This document shows positions 48,438 to 58,639 of a DNA stretch of 64,000 nt, piece after piece. The stretch is from a virus (taxonomy: Duplodnaviria; Caudoviricetes). The notes below the pieces were generated by a model. It had not been told where the DNA came from and made no database searches. It saw nothing but the letters and a program-made list of their open reading frames with translations. Position numbers and translations under genes: made by a program. The DNA lies in IMG/VR virus record IMGVR_UViG_3300043775_000860, positions 819 through 64,818 of that record; one strand, written 5' to 3'. How positions within the stretch are numbered: position 1 is the stretch's first letter; every line of letters starts with the position of its first letter.

Positions 48438-51400
48438 ATGCCGGACTTAAGACAAGCATTAAGAGATTTTGTAACTACATCTAATAGTGGTAAGTATAGT
48501 GATGAGGCTACATTGTTATCTAAGTTTCCTGAACTTCAGGGTTATAACATTGATGTATTAAGAGATTTTGTAACTACTTCTAATAGCGGTAAGTATGCTA
48601 CAGAGGATGAATTGTTTTCTAAGTTTCCGGAGTTCAGTGTTGGTGTAACACAACCCGTTGAATTAAAAAAAAAAGAGGTCGTCCTTCCTCCAAGACCAAG
48701 CGGAAAGCCTACGGACTTACCATTGGGAATTGGTTCATTGGAGTTTGCGAAACCAACTAAACCTGCTGAAGACCAAGGCAAACAGGGCACTATACTTAAT
48801 ACCATATCTTCTTTAGATAGGGGGTTCTACAAGAATCTTATAGGAAGTCCTATAAAGGGATTGGGTACTGCACTTGAAGGTGTAACAGGGAAAGGATTTG
48901 TTAGTGATGCCCTTATTAAGTTTGGTAACTACTTCAATAAAACAATTGATGAACTGACTCCTCAAGATGAAGAGTTTAAGAATAGTTTGACTGACCAATT
49001 TGGTCAAGCCTTTGGACAGGTTGCATCATTGATTGCTACAGGTGCTGCAGGAGCTTTGGGTAAAGGCGCAACTGCTGCACAGGCAGCGAAAACAGCATTG
49101 GCAGCACAGGCTGCACCAAAAGCTGTAGGAGCAGTATCAGCATTAAAGACATTGGGTTCTGAACTAGCTAGTCCAACTGCAGTAAGTGCAGGTCTAGCAA
49201 TGGGTCAGTCTGAATTTGAAAGAGCAAAGGAAGCGGGAGCTACAGATGAGCAAGCGTTTGAAGCGTTTTATAAGAACGCAGCAGTTGGCTCTGTCCTTGA
49301 GAAGATACCGGTAATGCAGTTCTTGAAACGATTTGAAAAGGCAAGTGCAGGTGGTATCAGCAATTACATTAAAACAAAAGGAGTTGCGGGTATTACAGGA
49401 GGACTTGAAGAGATGACTACCGAAGTTCTTCAAGGTATATATTCAAATGCTACCGCTAAAGATATTTACGATGCAAACCAAGACATGTTTGAGGGTCTTG
49501 CCGAATCAGGTGGTGTTGGATTTGGTGTTGGTTTCTTGCTCAATGCCATGGGTGCAAATGCTAAGCTATTAAGAAAGCAAGGAAAAGAAGAGGAAGCACA
49601 GGTTGTAGAAAACCAAATGGCACAGTTTGAATCTCAAGCTGCTAAAGGAGGAGTGTCTTCATATAAGATTGGTGGAGTAAAAGTACAGTCTCCTGAGATT
49701 ATCAATGACATGATTGATAACATGACTGCTACCGACTTAACAAAGGCTAACATTGAAATAGAAAACGACCCCGAACTAAACGATAAACTTCAAAATAAAA
49801 TTGTAACATCTTCTATTAAAGAGCAAGTTAGAGATGCCAATCCTAATATTAGCGAGGAAGACCTAGACTCTATCACAGATTTAGAAAAAGAATTAAGAAC
49901 ACTAGAAGGTAATACAACTCAATCGGGTAAAGATAAAGCAGCATCTATTCGTTCACAAATTAAAACCATACAAGAAAATGCCATTCAAAAGCAAACAGCA
50001 GGTGAAGTACCTGTACAGCCAAGAGCCGGAGTTAGCGAAACGTTGGAGGAAGGAAAACCCCAAGCAGAACCTCAAGTCCCTCCCGCAGAAGGTGTCCAAG
50101 CAGAAGTCGTCCAAGAAGAAGTAGACCAAGAAGCTGAAAGGAATAGGCTTAGCGATAAAGTATTTGAAGCCAAGAAAAACATGGCAAGGGCATCTGATAC
50201 TGAGGCAGCAATAGAAGAATACAATGCAGCCAAGAAAGAGTTGGATGACTTTGATGCATCTGTAGAACAAGCTAAAGACAAGAGAAGAGCACAATCAAGG
50301 GTTCAAAATATTATTGAGGATGAGAAAACTGAATCTCAAAAAGAAAATTATGAGTACAAAGAATTGTACGACCAAGACCCAAGATTAGCTGCATTACAAA
50401 GCTCAAAAGATTTGCTTGACTTTGTTAAGTCTGACAGCCTAGAGGAAAGAAGTGCTGTAAGAGGAGAGACTCTTGAAGAGGCGAAAAAATCCCAAGAACG
50501 TAGCATATTAAATATTCAACGAGACATTGCTGACTTGGAAGTGGACCTTGAAGCTAATCCTGTAGTGTCTTTAAAGACACAGGAAGTTGCTCCCGTTGAA
50601 GAGGTTGCTCCCGTTACTGAAGCAGCACTTGAGATAGAGCAGTACGAACCAATAACAGAGTCTCAGGTAAGCCACGAGAAGAAGTTCACCAAGGACAATG
50701 CCATTGATTACGAAGAAGACACTAGATTTACTGACAGTGGTCGTGAGGTTACATACCTATCAAGGGTTACTGTTGAGGCGTTGGATGATAACACCGGTGA
50801 TGCAATTGGTGGTCTAGTTAAGATTGTAGATGAGGATAAGAATGTAAGTTGGCAGGCTGTAGATTTGGATGGTAATGAGTTGGGTAAGCAAGACTTTGAC
50901 TCAATGCAAGAAGCCAAGACTGCTCTTGTAAACAATTGGAATAAGTTTCAGAAAAAAGAGTTTGATAAAGAGGTAAAAAGAAAAGCCAAGGCTGCAGAAA
51001 AAAAAGCTAAGGCTGAATCAAAGAAAAAGACTAAATTAGCGCAAGATGGAAAAGTACAACCCAAATCAACAGGAGACGGAACAGGACGGACAAAGGGCGG
51101 CGCAATTGCGCCTCTTGAAGGTGCGCCATCAGTACCGGGCGTTAACGGGCCGGACCCACAACTTGTTGCCGTTGCAGAACAGTATGCCAAAGACAACGGA
51201 ATCCCCTTCAAAAGACAGGCAGAGTACGTCAAAGTAGACGAGAAAAGGGCGAAGAGAATAGCCGATGCCTATGAGGCAATGGCTAATGACCCACAGAATC
51301 CCAAAGTTAAAGAAGCGTATCAAAACCTTATCAAGCAAACCATTGCTCAATACAAAGCATTGGAAGATGCGGGGTACAAGTTTTGGTTTATGGACTTGAA

Positions 51401-54400
51401 TATACCTAGCAATGCTGAGTATGCTTCATCTCCATACAATGCCATTCGTGATTTGCGTACCAATAAAGAGATGGGCGTATTCCCAACTACCGATGGATAC
51501 GGTGATGGCGGTTTGACTGAAGTTGATATAGAGAACAACCCGATGCTAGCAGACACGGGGTTGCAATGGCCCGTTGGTGGACCGGATGGCGAAATGAAAA
51601 CAGTATTAGCCAACGACCTTTTCCGTGCAGTACATGATGCATTTGGTCATGGTTTAGAAGGTGCAGGATTTAGAGCAAGGGGAGAAGAGAATGCTTGGCA
51701 GGCTCATGTAAGATTATTTACAGGCTCAGCTGTTGGTGCTATTACAAGCGAAACAAGAGGGCAAAACTCTTGGTTAAACTACGGTCCTAATGGAGAGCAG
51801 AATAGAACAGCAAAAGTTGAGGATACTGTTTTTGCAGAACAAAAGGTAGGTCTGATGCCTAAGTGGACATGGACAGAAGGCAAGGCTGCTGACATGGAGG
51901 AAAAGAAACCATCAAAAACAAAGCCAACTGTAGAAGAAGAAGGTCCAACAGATGAGGAAATATCAGCTATTGATGAGTTGTTGGATTTAGATGTTACAGA
52001 TGAAGATAATCTTGACAGAATATTTAATGTTCTTGATAATGCAGACAAGGCTTATACTAAAAGACTTTTTGGTCAAGCAAATAACTTTTTTCAAGCAATG
52101 GCTGACGGAACTGCAAGTCTTATAATTAAAACACTAAAGGTTTTAGTAAAGGGCGGAATGCTGTTGCGTGATGCAATCAAAAAAGTTGCTGATGATAATA
52201 ACGTATCTCAGCAAATAGTTAAAGACATACTCAACGTAGCTGACATTCAAGAAGGATTCGATGCTTTGATGGTTAAGGTTGGTGCTATGATTGAACGCCA
52301 AACAAGAAGGGGAACTCCTGAAGCTAGAATGATTAGCAACATTGACACCCTTGTTAGGAACTCAGAGGTATACCAAAATGCTAGCGACTCTCAGAAGAAG
52401 ATACTTGAAAGGGAAGCAAGGGCAAGAGCCGGTGCTCCTGCTAGAAGAGCCCCATCTATCGGTCGTATACTTGGGGTACTGAAAGACATTACAAATGTAT
52501 CTAGGGAAGACAAGCTTAAAATTATAAGTCAGATAAGGCAGTTGTCAAAAGACGCAGCCAAAGATTTGGCAAGTGAAATCCGTGACCTCGCTAAGACCGG
52601 TAAGATTACCGTCAATCAAGCAGCAAATATTGTTGCAAGGTTTGGTAAGGTCAATATGCTCAGTGAAATATCAGTGTCTAAGTTTGTTGACTACATGGCC
52701 AAGGTATTCAACGATGCTGAGTACAATGCAAAGTTGAGTTCAGCAAAAAATCTGAAGAAGGATATTGCTAAGCTTTCAAAGAACAAAGATAAGGATGCCA
52801 ACCTAAGAGACTTGGGTCAGGAATTTATTAAGATTGACCCATCAATGGTTGAGAACATTGACGAGTACAATGACATGGCATCTAAGATAAAGGAGGCAAT
52901 AACAGGTTCTAGGCTTGGAGGAAAACAAAAGGTATCATTCGCTAGCACTGTCAATGTTCAAGATGCGACTGCATATATCAAAGATACATTGGCGGCTCAG
53001 GACAAAATGATGCGTGAAGAAAAGGCTGCCGAGATACAAAGCCTTATGGGTATTGATGTGTCTGAGTTTAGTTACGATGACATGATGATGTTGTTGGAAA
53101 GTGACAAGCCTATTACCAAATACAACGAAGGCATCATCAGAGATACCATCAATAGAGCGTTTGGTATATACTCTAGCATCATAAAGGATGTAATGAGGAC
53201 AGGCAAAGACCCGTTCACCGGAGAAGATATTAAGTTCACCGAGTCTCAGAAGGATGTGGTTAATAGATTCATGGCAATGGACTTGAATATTCTCAAGCCT
53301 AAAGAGGCGCTTCAAGCTGTTGACGCTCTTGCCAACTTCTTGCAGAACCAATCCACTGCAAAGATGGAGGCTGTGGTTTCTAGGTATACAGGACTTGCAA
53401 ATGCAAAAGAGGTTAACTCAAAAGGAATAAAAGCTTTCCCATTAAAGAAGTATTGGTCTAAAACAATCGGAAGAATATTGGGAGAGCAAACCACAAACCT
53501 AAATGTTCTTTTTGAAAGAATGTTTAAAGGATTCAATAAGGGCGGTATGGTAATGGATAAGATGGGATTAACCAAACTTATCAATAAGAAAGCGTCTGCA
53601 GAGAAAGAGGCCAATAACATTGTAGACAGGTATGTAAATCTGTTCTACGACAAGAAGGCAAATGGAGAAGAGTTTAACTCTGCTTACAATAACATTGAAA
53701 GGGGCATGGCATCCTTTATGATGAGGAATGTTATTGGTACTGAGCAAGAGATGAAGGCTGAGTTTGATAGAAGAAAAGGTCTCATTGAGGAATCTATCTC
53801 TGAACTTGAAAAGGGTAATGACAAAGAGAAAGCTAAGGCTGAGTTATACAAGAAAGCTTACGAAAACATACTAGCAGAATCAAATACAATTGATGATGTA
53901 GTAAAGAAAGTAGACAAGGTAAACTTAGAGGGTGTTGACTTTTGGATGAATGAGTGGAACAACAAGTACGACCAACTGTCTGATGTAGCTGAAAACGTAT
54001 ACAATAAAAAGCTAGACAAGGACATCAACTATACTCCCGACAGATACTTTAAGCTGAGTTCAGATACCGGTACTGTAGAGATTACTGAAGACGATTCAGC
54101 GTTCCTTGTAAACAGCGGAGTAAACAACTTGTATCAAAGGGAGACAGGTGTTTTGATGACAGCTACAAGACCCGATAGTCTTCCTGTTAGTCCTGAAAGC
54201 GGAGATGTAAATAGGTATATTGATTTGTCCTTTGATAACAACAATGCAAACTCAATGTATGACGCATTGGTTGACATCAATACCGCTGCCCCGATAAGGC
54301 AGATACAAGCATTCTTAAACTCATCTGACTACAAGAAGATTGTTCCGACTTCAGAAGATGCAAAGATTTTGAAAGATAGGATACAGCTTTATGTTAGAAA

Positions 54401-56126
54401 CATAAGGGATAAGAACCCCTACTCTAATGACGAGTTGTCTTCTGTTGTGAGAAAGCTCAATAGAATTGCTGCCATTGGTGTTGGTCAGGCATTGGGTGGT
54501 GTAAGCCAACCGTTAAAGCAGGTTATACCCGTTATGCTAAACACTTTAATAAACACAAAAGGAAGTCTAAATTTATCAGCGACATTTAATAAGGCAAAGA
54601 ACAATTTCATCAATAATTCAGGATATGCCATTGCCAACAGGGGACTTGAGTCTCAAGCTCAAGTAGAATCATTGAATAAACTGATGGATGAAGTATCAAA
54701 GTCTAAGGGTGAAAAGCTTGTAAAGAAAATAGAAGAACTGAATAAATGGTGGTTGGACAACTTCTTGGTTAAGCCTGACGTATTTATTGCGAGGACATCT
54801 TGGTTATCCTACTACGAGAAGTATCTTAATGATAATGGAATAGACACCAAAGGCATTGACTACAATACCCATAAGCTAAACGAAGATGCCGCCAACTATG
54901 CTCAGCGTATGGTTGATAGGCAACAGAATATATCAGATACGGACTTGGCAGGTAAGTTGTTTGCAGATAGAGGCTCAGCAAATCAATTGTTGGTTAAAAC
55001 AATTATGCCATTTGCTAGTTTCAGAATGAACCAAGCATCTAGATTAGGCTCTGACCTTGCGACACTAACTAATAAGACATCATCAAAAGAGGATAAAGAA
55101 ATAGCTAAACTATCTATTGCAGGTTTTGGTGTTGAAGCCGCAGCATTTAGACTACTATCAATTGGTATATCAATATTGTTAGGTAGTTTGGAAAAGTTGA
55201 TAATGGGAATAGATGAGGATGACGAGGAGTATAAAAAGAGGGTTGATAATCTAATGAAAGGCGGGAAGACGGGTATGTTTACAGATGTATTTTCTCCTAT
55301 TCCTATTTCAGATAAGCTAGTTCAATCCGGTGGTGCTTTAATAACTCAAAGCATTGAAGATGCAACCGGACTTCCAACAGCGATATACTCTCCTAGAAAA
55401 GAAGAGTTTCTTCAAAATGCAGGATTGTTTGGTATAGCAGCAGATAGAGCAGCTCAGTTGTTTGAGATAACAAAACTGTCTGTAACAGGAAAGTATACTG
55501 ATGATTTTGGTAAAGAGAAGACGATATCTCCCAAAGCACAGGACGGTTTGAAAATGCTTATTGTTCCTGCGTTGATGACAAATACGGGTCTCGCTCCATC
55601 TGAGGTTAATAGCGTAATTAGATACGCTATCAAAGATTCAAAGAAGGTGATAAAGACCGCTGAGGAGAAAGAGCAGGAGATGGAAAGGAAGGAGCAGAAG
55701 GAGGAGATGAATCAACAGAAGATAGATGCGCTAGAGAATGCGAAGAAAAAAGCATCTAACCAAAAGTTGAGAGACGCTATAGATGAAAAGATATATGAGA
55801 TAGAAGCTACTCCTGAGGAAAAGAAAGAGATTGAGCAAGAGAATAAGGAAGAGCGTGATGAAAAGGAAAGTCTTTTGTATGACCCTCAAAGAAATATTCA
55901 ATACGATAATGAGTCTGAACTGAAAAGGTATAACAAAGTATTGTGGCAAAAGAACTTCGGAGAAAACTCACAATGGTATAAAGACCATAAGTACGAAGAG
56001 GAGGCAAACAAGTTAATGAATAAGGAGATTAGGAAGATAGAGGATAAGGAATATGGATATACTCCTTCTAAAAAGAAAAGAGCAAGGAACTCTGATGGAA
56101 CTTATAAAAGAAGCAGCGGAGGCTAG
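48438..56126 (+). CDS. giant internal virion (polyvalent-type) protein, 2562 aa
   Basis: Tandem N-terminal LRDFVTTSNSGKY repeats, Gly/Ala hydrophobic region, NDLFRAVHDAFGH domain, long helical C-terminus. Confidence 0.7.
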   Translation: MPDLRQALRDFVTTSNSGKYSDEATLLSKFPELQGYNIDVLRDFVTTSNSGKYATEDELFSKFPEFSVGVTQPVELKKKEVVLPPRPSGKPTDLPLGIGSLEFAKPTKPAEDQGKQGTILNTISSLDRGFYKNLIGSPIKGLGTALEGVTGKGFVSDALIKFGNYFNKTIDELTPQDEEFKNSLTDQFGQAFGQVASLIATGAAGALGKGATAAQAAKTALAAQAAPKAVGAVSALKTLGSELASPTAVSAGLAMGQSEFERAKEAGATDEQAFEAFYKNAAVGSVLEKIPVMQFLKRFEKASAGGISNYIKTKGVAGITGGLEEMTTEVLQGIYSNATAKDIYDANQDMFEGLAESGGVGFGVGFLLNAMGANAKLLRKQGKEEEAQVVENQMAQFESQAAKGGVSSYKIGGVKVQSPEIINDMIDNMTATDLTKANIEIENDPELNDKLQNKIVTSSIKEQVRDANPNISEEDLDSITDLEKELRTLEGNTTQSGKDKAASIRSQIKTIQENAIQKQTAGEVPVQPRAGVSETLEEGKPQAEPQVPPAEGVQAEVVQEEVDQEAERNRLSDKVFEAKKNMARASDTEAAIEEYNAAKKELDDFDASVEQAKDKRRAQSRVQNIIEDEKTESQKENYEYKELYDQDPRLAALQSSKDLLDFVKSDSLEERSAVRGETLEEAKKSQERSILNIQRDIADLEVDLEANPVVSLKTQEVAPVEEVAPVTEAALEIEQYEPITESQVSHEKKFTKDNAIDYEEDTRFTDSGREVTYLSRVTVEALDDNTGDAIGGLVKIVDEDKNVSWQAVDLDGNELGKQDFDSMQEAKTALVNNWNKFQKKEFDKEVKRKAKAAEKKAKAESKKKTKLAQDGKVQPKSTGDGTGRTKGGAIAPLEGAPSVPGVNGPDPQLVAVAEQYAKDNGIPFKRQAEYVKVDEKRAKRIADAYEAMANDPQNPKVKEAYQNLIKQTIAQYKALEDAGYKFWFMDLNIPSNAEYASSPYNAIRDLRTNKEMGVFPTTDGYGDGGLTEVDIENNPMLADTGLQWPVGGPDGEMKTVLANDLFRAVHDAFGHGLEGAGFRARGEENAWQAHVRLFTGSAVGAITSETRGQNSWLNYGPNGEQNRTAKVEDTVFAEQKVGLMPKWTWTEGKAADMEEKKPSKTKPTVEEEGPTDEEISAIDELLDLDVTDEDNLDRIFNVLDNADKAYTKRLFGQANNFFQAMADGTASLIIKTLKVLVKGGMLLRDAIKKVADDNNVSQQIVKDILNVADIQEGFDALMVKVGAMIERQTRRGTPEARMISNIDTLVRNSEVYQNASDSQKKILEREARARAGAPARRAPSIGRILGVLKDITNVSREDKLKIISQIRQLSKDAAKDLASEIRDLAKTGKITVNQAANIVARFGKVNMLSEISVSKFVDYMAKVFNDAEYNAKLSSAKNLKKDIAKLSKNKDKDANLRDLGQEFIKIDPSMVENIDEYNDMASKIKEAITGSRLGGKQKVSFASTVNVQDATAYIKDTLAAQDKMMREEKAAEIQSLMGIDVSEFSYDDMMMLLESDKPITKYNEGIIRDTINRAFGIYSSIIKDVMRTGKDPFTGEDIKFTESQKDVVNRFMAMDLNILKPKEALQAVDALANFLQNQSTAKMEAVVSRYTGLANAKEVNSKGIKAFPLKKYWSKTIGRILGEQTTNLNVLFERMFKGFNKGGMVMDKMGLTKLINKKASAEKEANNIVDRYVNLFYDKKANGEEFNSAYNNIERGMASFMMRNVIGTEQEMKAEFDRRKGLIEESISELEKGNDKEKAKAELYKKAYENILAESNTIDDVVKKVDKVNLEGVDFWMNEWNNKYDQLSDVAENVYNKKLDKDINYTPDRYFKLSSDTGTVEITEDDSAFLVNSGVNNLYQRETGVLMTATRPDSLPVSPESGDVNRYIDLSFDNNNANSMYDALVDINTAAPIRQIQAFLNSSDYKKIVPTSEDAKILKDRIQLYVRNIRDKNPYSNDELSSVVRKLNRIAAIGVGQALGGVSQPLKQVIPVMLNTLINTKGSLNLSATFNKAKNNFINNSGYAIANRGLESQAQVESLNKLMDEVSKSKGEKLVKKIEELNKWWLDNFLVKPDVFIARTSWLSYYEKYLNDNGIDTKGIDYNTHKLNEDAANYAQRMVDRQQNISDTDLAGKLFADRGSANQLLVKTIMPFASFRMNQASRLGSDLATLTNKTSSKEDKEIAKLSIAGFGVEAAAFRLLSIGISILLGSLEKLIMGIDEDDEEYKKRVDNLMKGGKTGMFTDVFSPIPISDKLVQSGGALITQSIEDATGLPTAIYSPRKEEFLQNAGLFGIAADRAAQLFEITKLSVTGKYTDDFGKEKTISPKAQDGLKMLIVPALMTNTGLAPSEVNSVIRYAIKDSKKVIKTAEEKEQEMERKEQKEEMNQQKIDALENAKKKASNQKLRDAIDEKIYEIEATPEEKKEIEQENKEERDEKESLLYDPQRNIQYDNESELKRYNKVLWQKNFGENSQWYKDHKYEEEANKLMNKEIRKIEDKEYGYTPSKKKRARNSDGTYKRSSGG
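49978..50124 (+). CDS. nested 48-aa basic protein in alternative frame
   Basis: MPFKSKQQVKYLYSQEPELAKRWRKENPKQNLKSLPQKVSKQKSSKKK preceded by A-rich TAAAACCATACAAGAAA. Confidence 0.5.
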   Translation: MPFKSKQQVKYLYSQEPELAKRWRKENPKQNLKSLPQKVSKQKSSKKK

Positions 56127-56539
56127 ACATACCTTACATACTTCAGACCCCTTTGCTTATCGTAATAAACCATGAGCTCTGCATCTGATGTAGCATTTTC
56201 ACGGGGAGGGCGACCTCCCCACTTTATTTCTCCGTGTAGTTGGTTCGCCTTACCATAGATAATACCATCCTCACACGCCCAAATTATAACGGGGGTTATC
56301 CTCTTATCAACCAACTTGACAAGCTTCTTGGCTGATATTGGCAGAGGATAGGCATCATGCATAGTCCTGATTCTACCCTTTACCTCAACGTATGAGATGA
56401 GTTTACCGTCCTTATCAAAGACTTTGTAGTCTATATCGTTTGGGTCTAGCTTCTTAAATGACCCTTCAAAAATCTTTACGAATACTTCTATTGCTTTCTT
56501 CTCCCTTATTAGGTCTTGTTCGGTTTCAAAAATCGTCAT
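56123..56539 (-). CDS. PD-(D/E)XK nuclease-like protein
   Basis: IDYKVFD...YVEVKGR motif. Confidence 0.65.
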   Translation of the reverse strand: MTIFETEQDLIREKKAIEVFVKIFEGSFKKLDPNDIDYKVFDKDGKLISYVEVKGRIRTMHDAYPLPISAKKLVKLVDKRITPVIIWACEDGIIYGKANQLHGEIKWGGRPPRENATSDAELMVYYDKQRGLKYVRYV

Positions 56540-56714
56540 CCTCCATTATTTTAATTACTTCCCTTAGGTCTCTCATTAGAGATTTGATGTTAATGCGTGC
56601 GTCAATATATTTCTTGTCTACCAAATTCTCGTAAATTTTAGTAACAAGGTCGTGGTGGCCCTCCGTCATAAACGAAATCCTGCGCCCCCTTTCATATTGC
56701 TCTTCCTTATTCAT
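56526..56714 (-). CDS. hypothetical protein
   Basis: 62-aa ORF coupled by overlaps. Confidence 0.55.
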   Translation of the reverse strand: MNKEEQYERGRRISFMTEGHHDLVTKIYENLVDKKYIDARINIKSLMRDLREVIKIMEDDDF

Positions 56715-57231
56715 TAAACATTCTCCTTATCTTTCTTTCAATTATAAACTCATGACCTATTGGAGTATTCTCGTCTATAAAATTAACAATTCTATTTAAT
56801 CTTTTATTATTACTAGTCAAGTCTTTCTTCATATTTGCCATCTTTTCTTTCAACAAAGTGTTTTCGTTCAGCAGGACGGTAAGCTTTGTGCTTAGTCTGA
56901 ATATCTCATTCTTTAAATCATACTCGCTAGTCAACTCTGAGGTGGGCGCTTTCTCTAAGATGAACAACTCCCTACACTTTGTATACTTACCTAGTATCTC
57001 AAGGTCTACATCCAATAGTTTGTTGATTGTTCTAGTATAATGGATTATGGTGGTGTGGTCTTTACCTAAGAAAGAACCTATCCTGTTCAGACTGTACCCA
57101 TACTCCCTAAGTATCTTTGCGAAAATCATCCTACCCTCCACCAAGTATCTCATTCTTTTCTTTGCACCTATGTCGGTTACTAGAACCATGTTTACAATAT
57201 CACGTAACACTTCAATGTCATTCCTTTCCAT
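56707..57231 (-). CDS. DnaA domain IV-like HTH protein with coiled coil
   Basis: RYLVEGRMIF...YSLNRIGSFLGKDHTTIIH matches the DnaA C-terminal DHTT signature; probable start MERNDI. Confidence 0.7.
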   Translation of the reverse strand: MERNDIEVLRDIVNMVLVTDIGAKKRMRYLVEGRMIFAKILREYGYSLNRIGSFLGKDHTTIIHYTRTINKLLDVDLEILGKYTKCRELFILEKAPTSELTSEYDLKNEIFRLSTKLTVLLNENTLLKEKMANMKKDLTSNNKRLNRIVNFIDENTPIGHEFIIERKIRRMFNE

Positions 57232-57460
57232 ACACTTCTGTTTTGATTCCCATTTGATTAAGTTCTTTGATTCTAAATTCCTGTAGCTTTGAAAGCTTTC
57301 CGTCCGGTCTTTTGATTTCACTGAAGAGCACGTCAGAATTTGGGGGTATAGCAATGAGGTCAGGGATACCATTCTTATTCGTTCTGATAAGTTTAATCAC
57401 GTAGTATCCCTGTGCCTCTAGCTCTTTAATCCTTTTACTCTGTATCTGCTGCTCTGTCAT
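57218..57460 (-). CDS. VRR-NUC domain nuclease
   Basis: TEQQIQ...GIPDLIAI...FSEIKRPDGKLSKLQ. Confidence 0.85.
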   Translation of the reverse strand: MTEQQIQSKRIKELEAQGYYVIKLIRTNKNGIPDLIAIPPNSDVLFSEIKRPDGKLSKLQEFRIKELNQMGIKTEVYGKE

Positions 57461-57680
57461 AGGTTTCGTTGTAGTTTATATTGTAATATTCCTCGCCATT
57501 ATTAAATTCTATCTCACGTGTTCCTAAAGAAAAATATCCATAGTATCCTGCATCCCATGCTTTTGCAATATTATCTTTTTCTTTTTCAAGAAATTTATCT
57601 TCAAGTATTATTGCTGATGCTTCTAAATTGAATGATTTTAAATATTCAATTGCTTCTTGCATTGCGGTTTGTTGTGCCAT
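57435..57680 (-). CDS. MAQQ-family cassette protein
   Basis: MAQQTA...EKEKDNI..AW...YNETY. Confidence 0.7.
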   Translation of the reverse strand: MAQQTAMQEAIEYLKSFNLEASAIILEDKFLEKEKDNIAKAWDAGYYGYFSLGTREIEFNNGEEYYNINYNETYDRAADTE

Positions 57681-57683
57681 AGT

Positions 57684-57884
57684 TTATTTGTTATAGGTTT
57701 CGTTGTAGTATTCTATTGCCCAGTCTTTATCATGGTTTATTTTACCTTCTAAAAAAGCATTCATAATCTGCTCTTTCTCCATTGCTTTTGCTTTTTCATA
57801 TATCTCTTTCCATTCTAATTCTGTTCGTAATTCCTGTTCTGCAATTTTATAAAATAACCATTCTACTGCTGTTTGTTGTGCCAT
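57684..57884 (-). CDS. MAQQ-family cassette protein
   Basis: MAQQTAVEWL...AKAMEKEQI...YYNETYNK. Confidence 0.7.
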   Translation of the reverse strand: MAQQTAVEWLFYKIAEQELRTELEWKEIYEKAKAMEKEQIMNAFLEGKINHDKDWAIEYYNETYNK

Positions 57885-57886
57885 TG

Positions 57887-58327
57887 TTATTTGTTATAAT
57901 TGTTAGCATATAGTTGTACCAAATTCAAATCTCCGCCAGTCATATACTTTCCGTACTTTTCACTAAACCTTCCACTATCTACCATATCTTCATTGTCTAA
58001 GTCTTTAAGGAAGTTTTGGTATAGTTCATTTGGTATGACATACCAATGTCCCGAATCATCTCTTACTGCTTTTACCTTATCCACATTAGTAGCTGATGCT
58101 TGTTCTAATGTTTCTTGTTCATTAAAATCATCGTCTGCTTTTTTAAAAAAATCATTGTAATAATCTTCAGGATTTGATGGATAACCCATTTTGCCTAATT
58201 CATAAGCAGTTTGAATCTCTTTTTTATGTATCTCCTCTGCTTCCTCAATAATAGATGGTGATAAAAGATGTCCAAAAAAATCCTCTGCGTTTTCTACTAA
58301 CCATTGAATTGAATTTTGTTGTGCCAT
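57887..58327 (-). CDS. MAQQ-family cassette protein with extra C-terminal domain
   Basis: MAQQNSIQWL...RDDSGHWYVIP...NK. Confidence 0.7.
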   Translation of the reverse strand: MAQQNSIQWLVENAEDFFGHLLSPSIIEEAEEIHKKEIQTAYELGKMGYPSNPEDYYNDFFKKADDDFNEQETLEQASATNVDKVKAVRDDSGHWYVIPNELYQNFLKDLDNEDMVDSGRFSEKYGKYMTGGDLNLVQLYANNYNK

Positions 58328-58330
58328 AGT

Positions 58331-58636
58331 TTATTTGTTTTTAAGTGCCCTCAAAAATATATCTGCAATTCTATTTATTCTCCAATCACTTTTCTTTTCT
58401 GCTACACTCTTTGGTTCTTCTTTCGTGTTGTTATGTATATCTACATTACTATAAGACATTAACATCGATTCTATATAAATTTGATGTAAATGTGGTGGAA
58501 TATCTTTGAACTCACCAATTATTGTAATAGGTAATTCGGTTTGTGTGCCAACGATTCTCATGCAAGTATTTATCTGTGCTTTTGTACCTGAAGGTATAGT
58601 CAGATTTGATGAAACAGAGTTTAATTCAATTACCAT
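58331..58636 (-). CDS. cassette protein
   Basis: 101 aa, ends KNK at the linker. Confidence 0.6.
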   Translation of the reverse strand: MVIELNSVSSNLTIPSGTKAQINTCMRIVGTQTELPITIIGEFKDIPPHLHQIYIESMLMSYSNVDIHNNTKEEPKSVAEKKSDWRINRIADIFLRALKNK

Positions 58637-58639
58637 AGT

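Noticed and set aside
46545-56126. Virion RNA polymerase in the giant proteins
   Set aside because: No DxDxD catalytic motif in a recognisable context, and host-type promoters are present throughout
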